64,000 bases of DNA from an uncultured delta proteobacterium (GTDB taxonomy: Bacteria; Myxococcota; Myxococcia; Myxococcales; Myxococcaceae), in the NCBI GenBank assembly GCA_963771175.1, contig CAVYSY010000030.1:96001-160000 (forward strand), read 5' to 3'. The position numbers and the translations under genes were made by a program. Under the pieces are notes generated by a model. It had not been told where the DNA came from, ran no database searches, and saw only the letters and a list, made by a program, of their open reading frames with translations. Below, one piece after another: positions 1 to 11,296 of the stretch; position 1 is the stretch's first letter, and each line of letters starts with the position of its first letter.

Positions 1-334
1 TCTTCAGCTCCGAGGCCATGAAGACGTCGAACCCCAGGGTGTGGGGCGCGACGAAACGGGGGGCGCGGAGCTCGGTGCCGACCTGGTCCGCGGCGACCAG
101 ATAGTTGGAGGTCGCGAGGAGCTCTCCGAAGGGAGTCTCGGCGATCTGCGTCATCGAGCCCTTGGCCAGGGTCTTCACGTCGAAGGAGATCTGGTTGCCG
201 GTACCGGCCGCGTACTCGGCATACATGCCCTCGGCATAGCCGCGGCTCGCCTCCTGATTGCCAGCAGCCTGCGCATGTCCAACTCCGAGAGCGAGCACGC
301 CAACAGCCACCCATCCAACCTGGGGAAGACGCAT
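1..334 (-). CDS. Secreted hypothetical protein, runs off the window start (5' part only)
   Basis: Not in the ORF track. Manual translation from ATG at 334 gives MRLPQVGWVAVGVLALGVGHAQA-AGNQEASRG..., open to position 1. It has a signal-peptide-like N-terminus (AQA) and an AAGGAG RBS just upstream. Confidence 0.65.
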   Translation of the reverse strand, partial: MRLPQVGWVAVGVLALGVGHAQAAGNQEASRGYAEGMYAEYAAGTGNQISFDVKTLAKGSMTQIAETPFGELLATSNYLVAADQVGTELRAPRFVAPHTLGFDVFMASELK

Positions 335-627
335 GTGAATCTCCTTTGGGGGTCAAGAAAAAAAGAAGTGCCTCGTTCTCCAGAGTGGAAAGGAGGCGCA
401 CGCAAGGTGCGGTTTCTCAGAAATTAAGTCAAATGTTTTTTGGGTTTTACTGGTTAGTCTGGTTGTGCGTGGAAATGGGGGTGAAGGTGGTCGAGGTGCG
501 CAGGTCGCGCCGATGAGCTGCCGGTAGGACGGCGTCCCTCGGCGACACGACAGGCAAACGACGCTGTCTGGCATTGAGAGCTGGAGCCGTTGCACGAGGC
601 GTGGATTCCAGCGACCCTCGGCCGCGC

Positions 628-1368
628 ATGGAGGAGCCGGAGCCCCCGTCGATGACGCGCCAGGACGACTCGCTGGAGGATCTGGACCTGCCGTTCTTCC
701 AGGCCGTGGCGCTTCAGGTATCGGTGTTGGCCATCGGTCTCTTCACCCGAGTCACGGACGTGTGTGTGCTGCTGGTGCGTCCGTGGCTGCTGCGGCCCTA
801 CCTGGGCATCTGGCTGGCGGAGCTGCTCCACTCGCCCTACCGGCCGCGGCGCACCTTCGAGGTGACGCGGGCGCTGAAGGTCAGCGGGCAGGGGTTCCGC
901 GAGCTCATCTATGGCGAGACGCCGTTGCTCACGGCGCTCCGGTTCTTCCGGCGGGCCGGAGTGGGCCGGGGCAGCCGGGTGGTGGACATCGGAGCCGGGC
1001 GGGGGAGGGCGCTGCTCGCGGCGCGGTGGTTGGGCGCGGAGGCGCGCGGGGTGGAGCTGCTGGTGGACCATGTCGCGAGCGTGGCGGGGCAGCTCGGGCC
1101 CGCGGGCATCACCCTCACCGTGGGGGACGCGACGCGCGAGGACCTCGGGGACGCCACGCACGTCTTCGCGGCCTGGACGGCGTTGAGCCCCGAGACGAAG
1201 GCCCGCCTGGTGGAGCGCTTCCGCCTGTGTCGGCCGGGGACGCGCTTCCTCACGGTCTCGAGGCCCATCGAGGGCGCGGGCTTCGTCACCCTGGCCCGCT
1301 ACCGGATGCTCTTTACCTGGGGCTTCGAGGCGGTGTGGCTGCAGGAGTACCGTCCGGAGAACCCATGA
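628..1368 (+). CDS. Class I SAM-dependent methyltransferase
   Basis: Motif I VVDIGAGRG, acidic motif II ARGVE, and VGDAT. Start is uncertain (628 or 652). Confidence 0.75.
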   Translation: MEEPEPPSMTRQDDSLEDLDLPFFQAVALQVSVLAIGLFTRVTDVCVLLVRPWLLRPYLGIWLAELLHSPYRPRRTFEVTRALKVSGQGFRELIYGETPLLTALRFFRRAGVGRGSRVVDIGAGRGRALLAARWLGAEARGVELLVDHVASVAGQLGPAGITLTVGDATREDLGDATHVFAAWTALSPETKARLVERFRLCRPGTRFLTVSRPIEGAGFVTLARYRMLFTWGFEAVWLQEYRPENP

Positions 1369-1511
1369 ACCTTCCTTCGCTGCCTACTCGCCCGGCTCCG
1401 TCCACGGGCAGGCGACCAGGGGCTCTCGCCCCGGTCCGACCGTAGTCTGGAGCACGATCCCTGAAGAACGAGCGGGCGCCAGCCGGAAAGGCGCATTAGT
1501 GTTGGGACGCC

Positions 1512-2117
<606 letters not shown>

Positions 2118-2263
2118 CTGTCTTCCGAGGGCCCGCCCGCCGCGTGCAACCGCTGCGGGCCGGGACTCGGCTGGACGCAACACTTGCGGGCCGGGCTCCG
2201 GGGCTCCCGTCGAGCCCCCAGGAAGCCGCCCTTGGCACGGACCATGCTCACCTTTGAATCGTC

Positions 2264-2623
2264 ATGGTCCCATTCCGCCCCGCACTTGCCCTCCTCTTGA
2301 GTTTCACCCTCCTTGGCGTCGGCTGTGCCGGCCCGACCCAGGAGCGCCGCATGTACCCGGAGCCTCCGAACACCGTCCAACAGGAGCTCGGCTACAACGA
2401 CGTCATCCGCCTCGGCCAGGAATACGCCATGTCGGCGGGCTACGAGGTGACCGAGGTCGCCGAGGCCGAGCAGGTGCGTCCCAACTACTGGCGCGTGCGC
2501 TTCGGCCTGGCGCCTCGGGGCTCGGGCAAGCTGCTGGACCTCGAGTTCGATGGGACCCAGCCTCGGGTCATCGGGACCACCGAGGTGGGCGGCGCGGCGG
2601 GCCGCGGCACTCCGGCGCCGTGA
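2264..2623 (+). CDS. Small lipoprotein, PepSY-like pattern
   Basis: Lipobox LLGVGC. Helix followed by WRVRF...LEFD, similar to the 45351-45779 protein. Confidence 0.65.
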   Translation: MVPFRPALALLLSFTLLGVGCAGPTQERRMYPEPPNTVQQELGYNDVIRLGQEYAMSAGYEVTEVAEAEQVRPNYWRVRFGLAPRGSGKLLDLEFDGTQPRVIGTTEVGGAAGRGTPAP

Positions 2624-2657
2624 GGAGCCAGGGTCCCCGGCTCCTCGGGGGCCTGCC

Positions 2658-3635
2658 TCACGGCAGGGACGACAGGAATCGCGTCACGTCCTGCTCGAAG
2701 CGGTCCGCCTCTTCCAGGTAGGGGAAGTGCCCGCTCCGCTCGTATTCGAGCAGGGTGGCGCGCGGCAGGGTCGTCGCCAGGGCCTGCATCGTCTCCAGGC
2801 CGATGGCGCGGTCATGGCGCCCGCCGACGACGAGCACCGGTGCGGTGATTCGCTCGGAGGCCGTGAAGCGGTAGGAGGCCAGCTCGTTGGAGAACAGGGC
2901 CCGGGACAGCTCCCCCGTGTTGCGCAGCCCGCTCTCCGCGTCCACCGCCTCCTGCATCTGGAGGTACGTCGTGTTCTGGAACTGCAGCGTGTTGAAGAAG
3001 CGCTGCGCGTCCAGGCCCCGCAGCGCCCGCATCACCCGCGTGTAGTCCGAGGAGTCCTCGTCGGAGGCCGTCTCGGCGAGTCGCCCGGGGTGCAGGCGTT
3101 CGAGCTCGCGCTTCCAGGTGGCGAACGAGGCCGCCGAGTCGGACAGGCCGCTCACGTACACCACGCCCGCCACGTGCTCCGGGTGGCGCGCCGCGTACTC
3201 CAGCGCGAGCGTCCCGCCGAAGGAGTGCCCCATCAGCACCCAGCGCTCCACGCCCAATTCCTGGCGCAGCGCCTCCAGGTCCGCCACCAGCACCTCCAGC
3301 GAGTAGCGGCCGTCCCACGGGCGCTCGGAGCGGCCACAGCCGCGCTGGTCCAGGTAGACCAGGCGCCGGGTCTTCTCCAGCCGCTGCCCCATCAGCCGGG
3401 CGAAGCTGTAGCTGTTGTAGCCGGGGCCTCCGTGGAGGAAGAGCACCGGGGCGCGCTCGGCCGGGGCCTCACCGGCGACGCGGTAGTACAGCCGGACGCC
3501 GTTGATGACGCGGTGGTTCTCGCCCATCGCCAGCGGTGGCTCGGCCCCGCCGGACGGTGGCGCGTGGTGGCTACAGGCGACCACCAGCGCAACCAGCACG
3601 GCACAACCCAGGACTCCAAGACGCGAGGAAGGCAT
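2658..3635 (-). CDS. Alpha/beta hydrolase (proline iminopeptidase-like) lipoprotein
   Basis: FLHGGPG, DQRGCGRS, nucleophile motif GHSFGG, C-terminal SGHF, lipobox VVAC. Confidence 0.9.
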   Translation of the reverse strand: MPSSRLGVLGCAVLVALVVACSHHAPPSGGAEPPLAMGENHRVINGVRLYYRVAGEAPAERAPVLFLHGGPGYNSYSFARLMGQRLEKTRRLVYLDQRGCGRSERPWDGRYSLEVLVADLEALRQELGVERWVLMGHSFGGTLALEYAARHPEHVAGVVYVSGLSDSAASFATWKRELERLHPGRLAETASDEDSSDYTRVMRALRGLDAQRFFNTLQFQNTTYLQMQEAVDAESGLRNTGELSRALFSNELASYRFTASERITAPVLVVGGRHDRAIGLETMQALATTLPRATLLEYERSGHFPYLEEADRFEQDVTRFLSSLP

Positions 3636-3723
3636 GGCCCGTATGTGCCACGTCTCTGCTCGGGCTGCCCGTGCGAGGAGCGGAAAGTGTCGCCCGCTGC
3701 CCGGCTCGACTGTCAGGTGGAGG

Positions 3724-5400
3724 CTACTCGACGCGGGTGATGCGGTTCGTCTCCGGCGGGGTGAGCGGGGAGTGCGACTTCAACCACAACTCCAGTGCAT
3801 CCACGTCCACCATGCCGCCGCGCCGCTCCGTGCCCTCGGCGAGCACGCGGAAACCGTCTCCGCCATTCGAGAGGAAGTTGTTCACCGTGACGCGGTAGCG
3901 GCCCGCCGGGTCGATGGGCTGGCCATTCAACCGGAGGCTGGCCGGGTCCACCCGCTGGCCCACGGGTGCCGAGGCCTTCCACGTATAGGAGAAGCCTCGT
4001 GAGGGCTGGAGGATGCGGGGATTGCTGCCCTCCCACTGCTGCTCCAGCAGGGTGTGGAGCTGCGCGCCGGTGAGCGTCATCGTCACCAGGGCATTGCCGA
4101 AGGGCTGGAGGGTGAAGATTTCTCCGTAGGTGACGTCGCCCGCGTCGAGGTCCCCCCGGATGCCGCCCGGGTTCAGGAAGGCCACCTGGGCGCCCGCGTC
4201 CTTCGTCGCCTCGAGCTGCGAGTCGGTGATGGTGTTGCCCAGCGTGGACTCGCCCGAGGGCCACACCTTGGCGTTCGGCTGCCGGAGCGGCACCGTCACC
4301 TGGCCGAGCACGCGGTCGCGCAGGGGCGCGGCGAGCGCGTCGTAGCGGTCCACGAGCGTCTGCACCTCGGGGACGCCCTCCACGTCCCGGGTGACGATCA
4401 CGTTGTGCGCGGTGCTCTCCACGACGTCTCCGGTGGCCGAGTCCAGCACGAGGTCGATGTCGGTGATGAGCCGCCCGAAGGACGCCCCGCTGGTGACGCG
4501 CTTGCCGTCGATGACGCAGTTGTACGCCTGGTGGGTGTGGCCGGTGACGAGCACGTCCACCGCCTTGTCCACGCCCTTGGCGATGTCGACGATGGGGCCG
4601 GAGATGCCCTCGCACCCGTCGTACAGGCCCGGCTGGGTGCCGCCCTCGTGCACCACCACGACGATGGCCTCCACCCCCTGCCGCTTCAGCTCGGGCACCA
4701 GGGCGTTGACCGTCTCCACCTCGTCGCGGAACTGGAGCCCCACGATGCCCGAGCCGTCGACGATTTCCGGGGTGCCCTCCAGCGTCATGCCGATGAAGGC
4801 CACCTTCACGCCCTCGAACTCGCGGACGGCGTAGGGTGGGAAGAGGGTGGTGCCCTGGGGCGTGTGCACGTTGGCGGCGAGGTAGGAGAAGCGGGCGCCC
4901 GCGTAGGGGGTGCCATCCTGGCAGCCGGCCACCGGGTGGCAGCCGCCGGACTGCATGCGCTGCAGCTCGGCGGCGCCCTCGTCGAACTCGTGGTTGCCCA
5001 CGGCGGCGAGGTCCAGGCCCATCAGGTTCAAGGCCTCGACGGTGGGCTCGTCGTGGAAGAGGGCGGAGAGGAGCGGGGTGGCGCCGATGAGGTCCCCCGC
5101 GGCCACCACCACCGTATTCGGATTGGTGGCGCGCAGGTGGGCGAGGTGCCGGGCGAGGAAGCTGGCACCCCCGGCCTTCACCCGGGCGGAGTCCGTGCGG
5201 ATTTCGCCCGAGGAGCCCGGCGGCGGGGCGAGGTGGCCGTGGAGGTCATTGATGGCGAGCACCTGCACCCGCACCTGGCGGGGCGCCCCGTCCGAGACTG
5301 TGGACGGAGGCTGGCCACCGGCATGGGCGCAGGAGATGAGGAGCGCGCTGGAGAGCAGCAGGGAGTGGAAGGGGGAGAGGGAGGAAGGGGGCGTTCGCAT
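3724..5400 (-). CDS. Bifunctional metallophosphatase/5'-nucleotidase lipoprotein
   Basis: NDLHG, AGDLIG, GNHEFD and GHTH metallophosphoesterase motifs. NPGGIR and GGDGF in the C-terminal domain. Lipobox LISC. Confidence 0.93.
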   Translation of the reverse strand: MRTPPSSLSPFHSLLLSSALLISCAHAGGQPPSTVSDGAPRQVRVQVLAINDLHGHLAPPPGSSGEIRTDSARVKAGGASFLARHLAHLRATNPNTVVVAAGDLIGATPLLSALFHDEPTVEALNLMGLDLAAVGNHEFDEGAAELQRMQSGGCHPVAGCQDGTPYAGARFSYLAANVHTPQGTTLFPPYAVREFEGVKVAFIGMTLEGTPEIVDGSGIVGLQFRDEVETVNALVPELKRQGVEAIVVVVHEGGTQPGLYDGCEGISGPIVDIAKGVDKAVDVLVTGHTHQAYNCVIDGKRVTSGASFGRLITDIDLVLDSATGDVVESTAHNVIVTRDVEGVPEVQTLVDRYDALAAPLRDRVLGQVTVPLRQPNAKVWPSGESTLGNTITDSQLEATKDAGAQVAFLNPGGIRGDLDAGDVTYGEIFTLQPFGNALVTMTLTGAQLHTLLEQQWEGSNPRILQPSRGFSYTWKASAPVGQRVDPASLRLNGQPIDPAGRYRVTVNNFLSNGGDGFRVLAEGTERRGGMVDVDALELWLKSHSPLTPPETNRITRVE

Positions 5401-5494
5401 GTGAGCGGCCCTTATCTCTCACAACTCGTGCCTTTCCGCCTGCCCCCCCATTCGCCATAGACTGGAGGCGCTTTCCTGAACGAGGGGGACGCTC

Positions 5495-7312
5495 ATGTGG
5501 GCTCGCTCATACACAGTTCGCGCCGTGCTCGCCGTGGGGTTTCTCCTCCTCTTCTACGCGGTGGCGGTGGGGACGGCGCTCGGCCTGCTGTCCATTCCCT
5601 ACGTCCTCTACACGATGGCGCACCGCGTCCACCTCCAGCTCACCGTCATCTGCGTGGTGGCGGCGGGCGCCATCCTGTGGAGCCTGGTGCCGCGAGGCCC
5701 CTCTTTCCAACCGCCCGGGCCTCGCCTCACCGAGGAGGAGCACCCGCGGTTGTTCGCCGCCATTCGGGACGTGGCCCGGCGCATGGAGGCGGAGATGCCC
5801 GCGGAGGTGTACCTCATCCCGGATGTGAACGCCTTCGTGGCGCAGGTGGGAGGCTTCCTCGGCTTCGGCGGCCGGCGCGTGATGGGCATCGGCCTGGGCC
5901 TGCTGGCGGTGGACAACCTCTCGCAGTTCCGGGCCACCGTGGCGCACGAGTTCGGCCACTTCAAGGGCGGTGAGACGAAGCTGTCCGGCCTCATCTACGC
6001 CACGCGCGCGGCCATGAGCCGCACCCTGGAGAACCTGGGGCAGAGCGGTCGCAACCTGCTGCAGATTCCCTTCGAGTGGATGCTGCGCATGTACATGCGC
6101 CTCACCCAGGCCATCAGCCGGCAGCAGGAGCTGGTGGCGGACGAGTGGAGTCTGCGCATCGCCGGCAAGCAGGCGCACATCACCGGCCTGCGGCAGGAGG
6201 GCATGCACGGGGTGGGCTTCTCCCTCTTCCTGGACCACGAGGTGTACCCGCTGGGGCGGCTGGGCGTGGTGCCGGACAACCTCTTCGAGGGCTACCGCCG
6301 CTACATCGGCAGCTCGGGCTGGGAGCGGATGCAGCCGAAGGTGAAGTCGCTGCTGGCCGAGCGGAAGACGGACCCGTTCGACTCGCACCCGGGCCTGGAG
6401 GAGCGCATCGCCTTCGCCGAGAAGGTGGAGGTGCCGGAGCAGCCCATGGACGAGACGCCCTCGTACACGCTGCTCTCGGACGTGGAGAAGCTGGAGAAGC
6501 GCTACACGGACGAGATGCGGCCGCAAGAGCTGAAGCTCATTCCCTGGTCCGAGACCGGGGCGCGCTGGAGCGCGCTGTGGAACGAGACGGCCAACCGCGT
6601 GCAGGCGCGGGTGCCGGACTTCTCGCTGGCCCAGGTGTCGGTGCTGCTGACGGACGCCGCCGCGCGGGAGTCCTTCGCCGAGGCCGTCAACCCGCGGCTG
6701 GTGGGCTACCGGGCGCCGGACCGCGCCAGGCGGGTGCGCGAGACGGTGGGCCACTCGGTGAGCGCGTACGTGGCGAGCATCCTCGGCCGGCACGGCGGCC
6801 TGTCCTGGACGACGTCTCCCGGCGAATCGCTGAAGCTGGAGCGCGATGGGGTGCAGGTGGACCCGACGTCGCTCGTCGAGGAGCTGCTCGAGGGCAGGCT
6901 CGGGCCCGAGGCGCTGGAGCGCCTGTGCACCCAGCACGCGGTGGCCGAGGACGCCGCGTGGAAGGTGCAGGGCAAGGAGCTGGAGGATGCGCTCGCGCCC
7001 CTGGCCACGGTGAAGGTGCAGCAGGCCACGGGCGGGGCGGAGGTGCGGGCCCCGCTCGCGCGCCTGGGCCTGCCCCAGTGCTGCGCGCTGTGCTGTGGCA
7101 CCCTCGCCGGCCACGTGGAGACGCAATTCCGGGTGGGCGGGATGATGAGCGACAGCGGCCAGGTCACCTTCGACGTGCCCACCTGCGAGGCGCATGCCGA
7201 GCAGGCGCACGAGGCCCTTCGGGTGAAGGAGTACGAGCAGGGCGCGGACCTCATCACGCTCGAGGTGCCCAACGCGGAGTACGCGCAGCTCATCCAGCGC
7301 AGCAACGCGTGA
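5495..7312 (+). CDS. M48 (HtpX-like) membrane zinc metallopeptidase with C-terminal Cys-containing extension
   Basis: Two N-terminal TM segments, NAFV, AHEFGH, QELVAD, DSHP. Confidence 0.85.
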   Translation: MWARSYTVRAVLAVGFLLLFYAVAVGTALGLLSIPYVLYTMAHRVHLQLTVICVVAAGAILWSLVPRGPSFQPPGPRLTEEEHPRLFAAIRDVARRMEAEMPAEVYLIPDVNAFVAQVGGFLGFGGRRVMGIGLGLLAVDNLSQFRATVAHEFGHFKGGETKLSGLIYATRAAMSRTLENLGQSGRNLLQIPFEWMLRMYMRLTQAISRQQELVADEWSLRIAGKQAHITGLRQEGMHGVGFSLFLDHEVYPLGRLGVVPDNLFEGYRRYIGSSGWERMQPKVKSLLAERKTDPFDSHPGLEERIAFAEKVEVPEQPMDETPSYTLLSDVEKLEKRYTDEMRPQELKLIPWSETGARWSALWNETANRVQARVPDFSLAQVSVLLTDAAARESFAEAVNPRLVGYRAPDRARRVRETVGHSVSAYVASILGRHGGLSWTTSPGESLKLERDGVQVDPTSLVEELLEGRLGPEALERLCTQHAVAEDAAWKVQGKELEDALAPLATVKVQQATGGAEVRAPLARLGLPQCCALCCGTLAGHVETQFRVGGMMSDSGQVTFDVPTCEAHAEQAHEALRVKEYEQGADLITLEVPNAEYAQLIQRSNA

Positions 7313-7318
7313 GGACCG

Positions 7319-8506
7319 TCAGTGCACGGACCTCGGCCCGGGCGGCGTCGGGAGCTGCTCGCGCGAGACGGTCTCGTGCCCCGTGGCCTTGCCCGTCTCG
7401 AGCAGCGACTTGAAGCGCAGCAGGTCGTCATCCATCTGTCTCTTGGGGTCCACCCCCAGCAGCCGGGCGAAGCCGTGGCCCAGCGCGCCCGCGGGCGGGT
7501 TGTAGGACAGGCGGATGTCCAGCCGCGTGGAGCGGCCGTCGTTGGCCGGCTCGAAGCGGATGATGCCGGCATTCTCCACCGTGGAGCCCTCCACGCTCTT
7601 CCAGGCGAGCACCTGGTTGGGGATGAGCCGGGTGATGAGGGCGTCCCACTCGAAGGCGATGCCGGCCGGGCCCTTCACCCGCCAGTGTGAGCGCTCCTCG
7701 CCGCTGGTGCGCACCTCCTCCACATGGCTCATGAAGAGGGGGAAGTTCTCCATCGCCCGCCAGAAGGCGAACACCTCCTGCACCGGCGCGTGGACGAGGA
7801 TGTCCTTGTGCAGCGCGATGGCCTGGCGCCCGGCGCCCACGCCGGTGAGGCGCTTGAGCTCGAGGTTGGTGATGACGCGCAGGGTGAGCAGCGACCCGAG
7901 GAAGGTCGTGCTTCCTCCCACGAGGCCGCGGCGCCATAGGCCCCACGTCAGCAGGCTTCCTCCACAGAGGCCTCCGATGAAGCGCGCCGCGGGCGACCAG
8001 TTGCGCTGGAGGAACTCGGGCCTGTCTCCCGTGCGCGCCATGCCGCCCTGCAGGTCCGGGTGATTGCCGGCCTGCTTGTGCACCTGCAGGTCGTCGAGCA
8101 CGTCCAACACCCCGCGCACGCGCGCGATGCGGGAGAGCACCTTCGGGTGCTCGGTCTTGAGGATGTCCCCCCCGAGCCGCACCCGGCCGAGCTCCACGCT
8201 CACCTGGATGGCGTGCGGGTGCGAGCACACGCGGCCGAGCGCCGAGCGGACGCGGGCCTCGATGGTCCTGTCGTCCACCTCTTCGCGGCGCATCCGGCCC
8301 CGGGTCTCGAAGAAGAAGCCGCGCACGCGGTGGAGGATGTCGCGTGCCACCACGCGGGCCGCGTTCCCTGTCTCGTGGAGGGCGTGCAGGGCCTTGTCGT
8401 GCGTCACGGCCCGACGGCGCCGCCCACTGCGGGGATCCGCCCAGTACATCAACCCCACGCCCACCCCCACTCCTCCCAGCATCCACCCGGCAACTCTCAT
8501 CTCCAC
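7319..8506 (-). CDS. BON-domain + SRPBCC (polyketide cyclase-like) protein
   Basis: DDRTIEARVRSALGR (BON). ENFPLFMSHV...SHWRVKGPAG...DLLRFKSLLETG (SRPBCC). Confidence 0.85.
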   Translation of the reverse strand: MEMRVAGWMLGGVGVGVGLMYWADPRSGRRRRAVTHDKALHALHETGNAARVVARDILHRVRGFFFETRGRMRREEVDDRTIEARVRSALGRVCSHPHAIQVSVELGRVRLGGDILKTEHPKVLSRIARVRGVLDVLDDLQVHKQAGNHPDLQGGMARTGDRPEFLQRNWSPAARFIGGLCGGSLLTWGLWRRGLVGGSTTFLGSLLTLRVITNLELKRLTGVGAGRQAIALHKDILVHAPVQEVFAFWRAMENFPLFMSHVEEVRTSGEERSHWRVKGPAGIAFEWDALITRLIPNQVLAWKSVEGSTVENAGIIRFEPANDGRSTRLDIRLSYNPPAGALGHGFARLLGVDPKRQMDDDLLRFKSLLETGKATGHETVSREQLPTPPGPRSVH

Positions 8507-8607
8507 GCCCTCCTGGGAACTCAGGTGGAACCAACGTGGGGGCAGGTGGGAGGTTTAGCAGCCAGCGGACGAGGGCTCTCTCCCTTGGCCGCCTCGTACC
8601 CGGAGCG

Positions 8608-9096
8608 TCAGCGGGGGAGGTTGGCGCAGGCCCGTTTGTCGCCGCCGTCACACGCGCGGCGGAGGAGCTCCGTGGCCCGGGCGTCGTTCTTCTCGGCGCA
8701 GGTGCCCGTGCGGTGGCAGATGGCCGCGCTGAAGCAGCCCGCCGCGTCACCGGCCTCGCACCCGCGCATGTAGAGGGTGTAGGCCCGGGCCGGGTCGGCG
8801 GCCTGCACGCCGCGGCCCTGCCAGTAGAAGGTGCCCAGCATCACGCAGGCGCGAGCGAAGCCCACGTCACACGCCTGGGTGTACAGCTCGACGGCGCGTG
8901 GGGCGTCGCCCTTCTTCTCGGCTTCGGCGGCGGCATCCAGGCACCCCTTCACCGTGGCGCCCGGACACTTGTCGTCCTGGCGCGCCAGGAGGGCCTGCTG
9001 CTCCGCGGCCTTGTTGTCCTTTCCCGCCGTGCTCTTCTCCTGCGAGCAGGCTCCCGATACCACCGACAGCAACGCCAATACCCAGACTCGTCTCAA
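8608..9096 (-). CDS. Sel1-like repeat lipoprotein
   Basis: Lipobox VSGAC. Repeats of the form A..LY..ACD.G...AC..LG. A TTG start is assumed. Confidence 0.75.
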   Translation of the reverse strand: MRRVWVLALLSVVSGACSQEKSTAGKDNKAAEQQALLARQDDKCPGATVKGCLDAAAEAEKKGDAPRAVELYTQACDVGFARACVMLGTFYWQGRGVQAADPARAYTLYMRGCEAGDAAGCFSAAICHRTGTCAEKNDARATELLRRACDGGDKRACANLPR

Positions 9097-9163
9097 GGGG
9101 TCCTCCCGGCTCTTGCGGCGCCGGACCCTAGCAGAGCGGAAAGCGCGCGGAGCGAGGTCCGTC

Positions 9164-10969
9164 TCAGTCCCCCGTGCTCCCATGCGGGTAGAGGCGCTCG
9201 ATGAGGTCCGCGTAGGTCTTGCTGACGATGTGCCGCCGCACCTTCAGCGTGGGCGTCAGCTCGTTGCTCTCGATGGTGAAGTCGTGCGGGAGGATGACGA
9301 ACCTGCGGATGGACTCCGCGCGCGACACCGAGCGGTTGGCCGCCTCGACCGCATGGCCCACCTCCGCGCGCAACTCCGGGTCCTCCACCATCGACTCCAG
9401 CGGTTGCCCGGACTTGCCGTGCTTCCGGGCCCACTGGGCGAAGGCTTCGTTGTCGATCGTGATGAGCGCCGCCACGAAGGGCTTGCCCTCGCCCACCACC
9501 ATGGCCTGACTGACCAGCGGGTGCTCGCGGAGGCGGTCCTCCAGCGGCCCCGGTGCCACGTTCTTCCCGGCCGCGGTGACGAGGATCTCCTTCTTGCGGC
9601 CGGTGATGCGCAGGAAGCCCTGCTCATCCAGGCTCCCGAGGTCTCCTGTCTGCAGCCAGCCGTCGGGGGTGAACGTGCGCTGCGTGGCCTCGTCGTTGTG
9701 CCAGTAGCCCTGGAAGACCTGCGGCCCCTTCACGAGGATTTCTCCATCCTCCGCGATGCGTACGGAGGTACCGGGCATCGGCTTGCCCACCGTGCCAATG
9801 CCCACGTCGTCCTCGACGTTGATGGCCAGCACCGGGCTCGTCTCGGTCATGCCGTAGCCCTCGAACACCCTCACGCCGATGCCGTGGTAGAAGTGGTTGA
9901 GCCGCTCGGGCAGGGGCCCGCCGCCCGACACGGCGAAGCGCAACTGGCCGCCCATCACCGCGCGCAGCTTGCGGTACAGGAGCCGGTCGAAGAGCGCGTG
10001 CTGTACCCACGTGAGGAAGGAGACGCGGCCGGCGGAGCGCTCGCGCGAGAACTCGATGGCCACCTCCGTGGCCATATCGAATACCCGCTTACGGCCCGCC
10101 TGCTCGGCCTTCTGCTGCGCCGCATGGAACACCTTCTCCAGCACCCGAGGCACCATGCCAAACCACGTGGGCTGGACCATGCCCAGTTCCTCGGTGAGCT
10201 TGCCGGCGCTGCTGGCGAAGGCCACCGGGTGGCCGCGCTCGAACGCCACGAGGAAGAGCATCTTCGCCAGCGAGTGGGCGAGCGGCAGGAACAGCAGCGT
10301 CCGGTCCTGGTCGGTGAGCACCTTGCTGGCGTGTTTCATCACCTGCAGGGTGTTCGTCCGGAGGTTGGCGTGGGTGAGCGGGCAGCCTCGGGGCCGTCCC
10401 GTGGTGCCCGAGGTGTAGATGATGGTGGCCAGGTCGCTCGTCTTCAGCCGCGCCAGCCGCTCGTCGAGGCGGGCCTCGTCGACCTCGTTCCCGCGCTGCT
10501 GGAGGTAGTCGAGCGCCGCCTGGTCGATGACGAAGGTGCTCCGGCAGGCGGGGAGCTTGTCCGCGACCTGCCGGTAGTGCCCGTGCAGGGTGTCGGTCTC
10601 GAAGAACGCCGCCACGGCCTCGCTGTCGCGGAGGATCCACTCCACCTGCTCGGCGGAGGAGGTCTCGTAGATGGGCACGGTGACGGCCCCGGCGGCGAGG
10701 ATGGCGAAGTCGAGCAGCACCCACTCGAGCCGCGTCTTCGACATCAGCCCGACCCGCTGCCCCGGCTCGATGCCGAGTGCGATCAACCCCCGGGCGAGCC
10801 GGCGCACCGTCTGGACGACCTGCTCGGCGGTGAGGGACTCGAACCGGTCGCCGACGCGGTGCGAGAACATCGGCTTCGTCGGGTTGCGGCGTGCGTGCTC
10901 CAGGAGGGGCTGGAGCAGGTGCCCATCCGGTGCGAGGGTGATCTGTCCCTGCCCCACGATCTCCTTCAT
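9164..10969 (-). CDS. Long-chain fatty acid--CoA ligase (AMP-dependent synthetase)
   Basis: IIYTSGTTGRPRG, EGYGMTET, TGDLG, GRKKEILV, LTPTLKVRR. GGAG upstream of ATG 10969. Confidence 0.93.
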   Translation of the reverse strand: MKEIVGQGQITLAPDGHLLQPLLEHARRNPTKPMFSHRVGDRFESLTAEQVVQTVRRLARGLIALGIEPGQRVGLMSKTRLEWVLLDFAILAAGAVTVPIYETSSAEQVEWILRDSEAVAAFFETDTLHGHYRQVADKLPACRSTFVIDQAALDYLQQRGNEVDEARLDERLARLKTSDLATIIYTSGTTGRPRGCPLTHANLRTNTLQVMKHASKVLTDQDRTLLFLPLAHSLAKMLFLVAFERGHPVAFASSAGKLTEELGMVQPTWFGMVPRVLEKVFHAAQQKAEQAGRKRVFDMATEVAIEFSRERSAGRVSFLTWVQHALFDRLLYRKLRAVMGGQLRFAVSGGGPLPERLNHFYHGIGVRVFEGYGMTETSPVLAINVEDDVGIGTVGKPMPGTSVRIAEDGEILVKGPQVFQGYWHNDEATQRTFTPDGWLQTGDLGSLDEQGFLRITGRKKEILVTAAGKNVAPGPLEDRLREHPLVSQAMVVGEGKPFVAALITIDNEAFAQWARKHGKSGQPLESMVEDPELRAEVGHAVEAANRSVSRAESIRRFVILPHDFTIESNELTPTLKVRRHIVSKTYADLIERLYPHGSTGD

Positions 10970-11296
10970 CTGCGCGCTCCCGCTCAGGGTGACTCCAGGG
11001 CCTACCATGCTCCCGAGAGCGCGCGGGCCCAGGGAGAAGAGGGAGCCACTGTCGGACGAGTGACAGGGATGCGGGTGCGAACTGCTCGTAGTGGACGGTG
11101 CGCCGCGCTCCGGGGCGCGATTTTCCGGTCCAGGAGGTTCACGCTGCAGCACAGGGCGCGCGGTCTCCAGGTCACCTCGCGAGGCGGACAGCAGCCCATC
11201 GGCGACAATGGCCGCGCCGCACTTGTTACAGGGGTGTAGCCATGGCGGCGGGTGATACCTGGGCGGCGGCTCAGGCGCAGGTGCGTGCTGTATGCG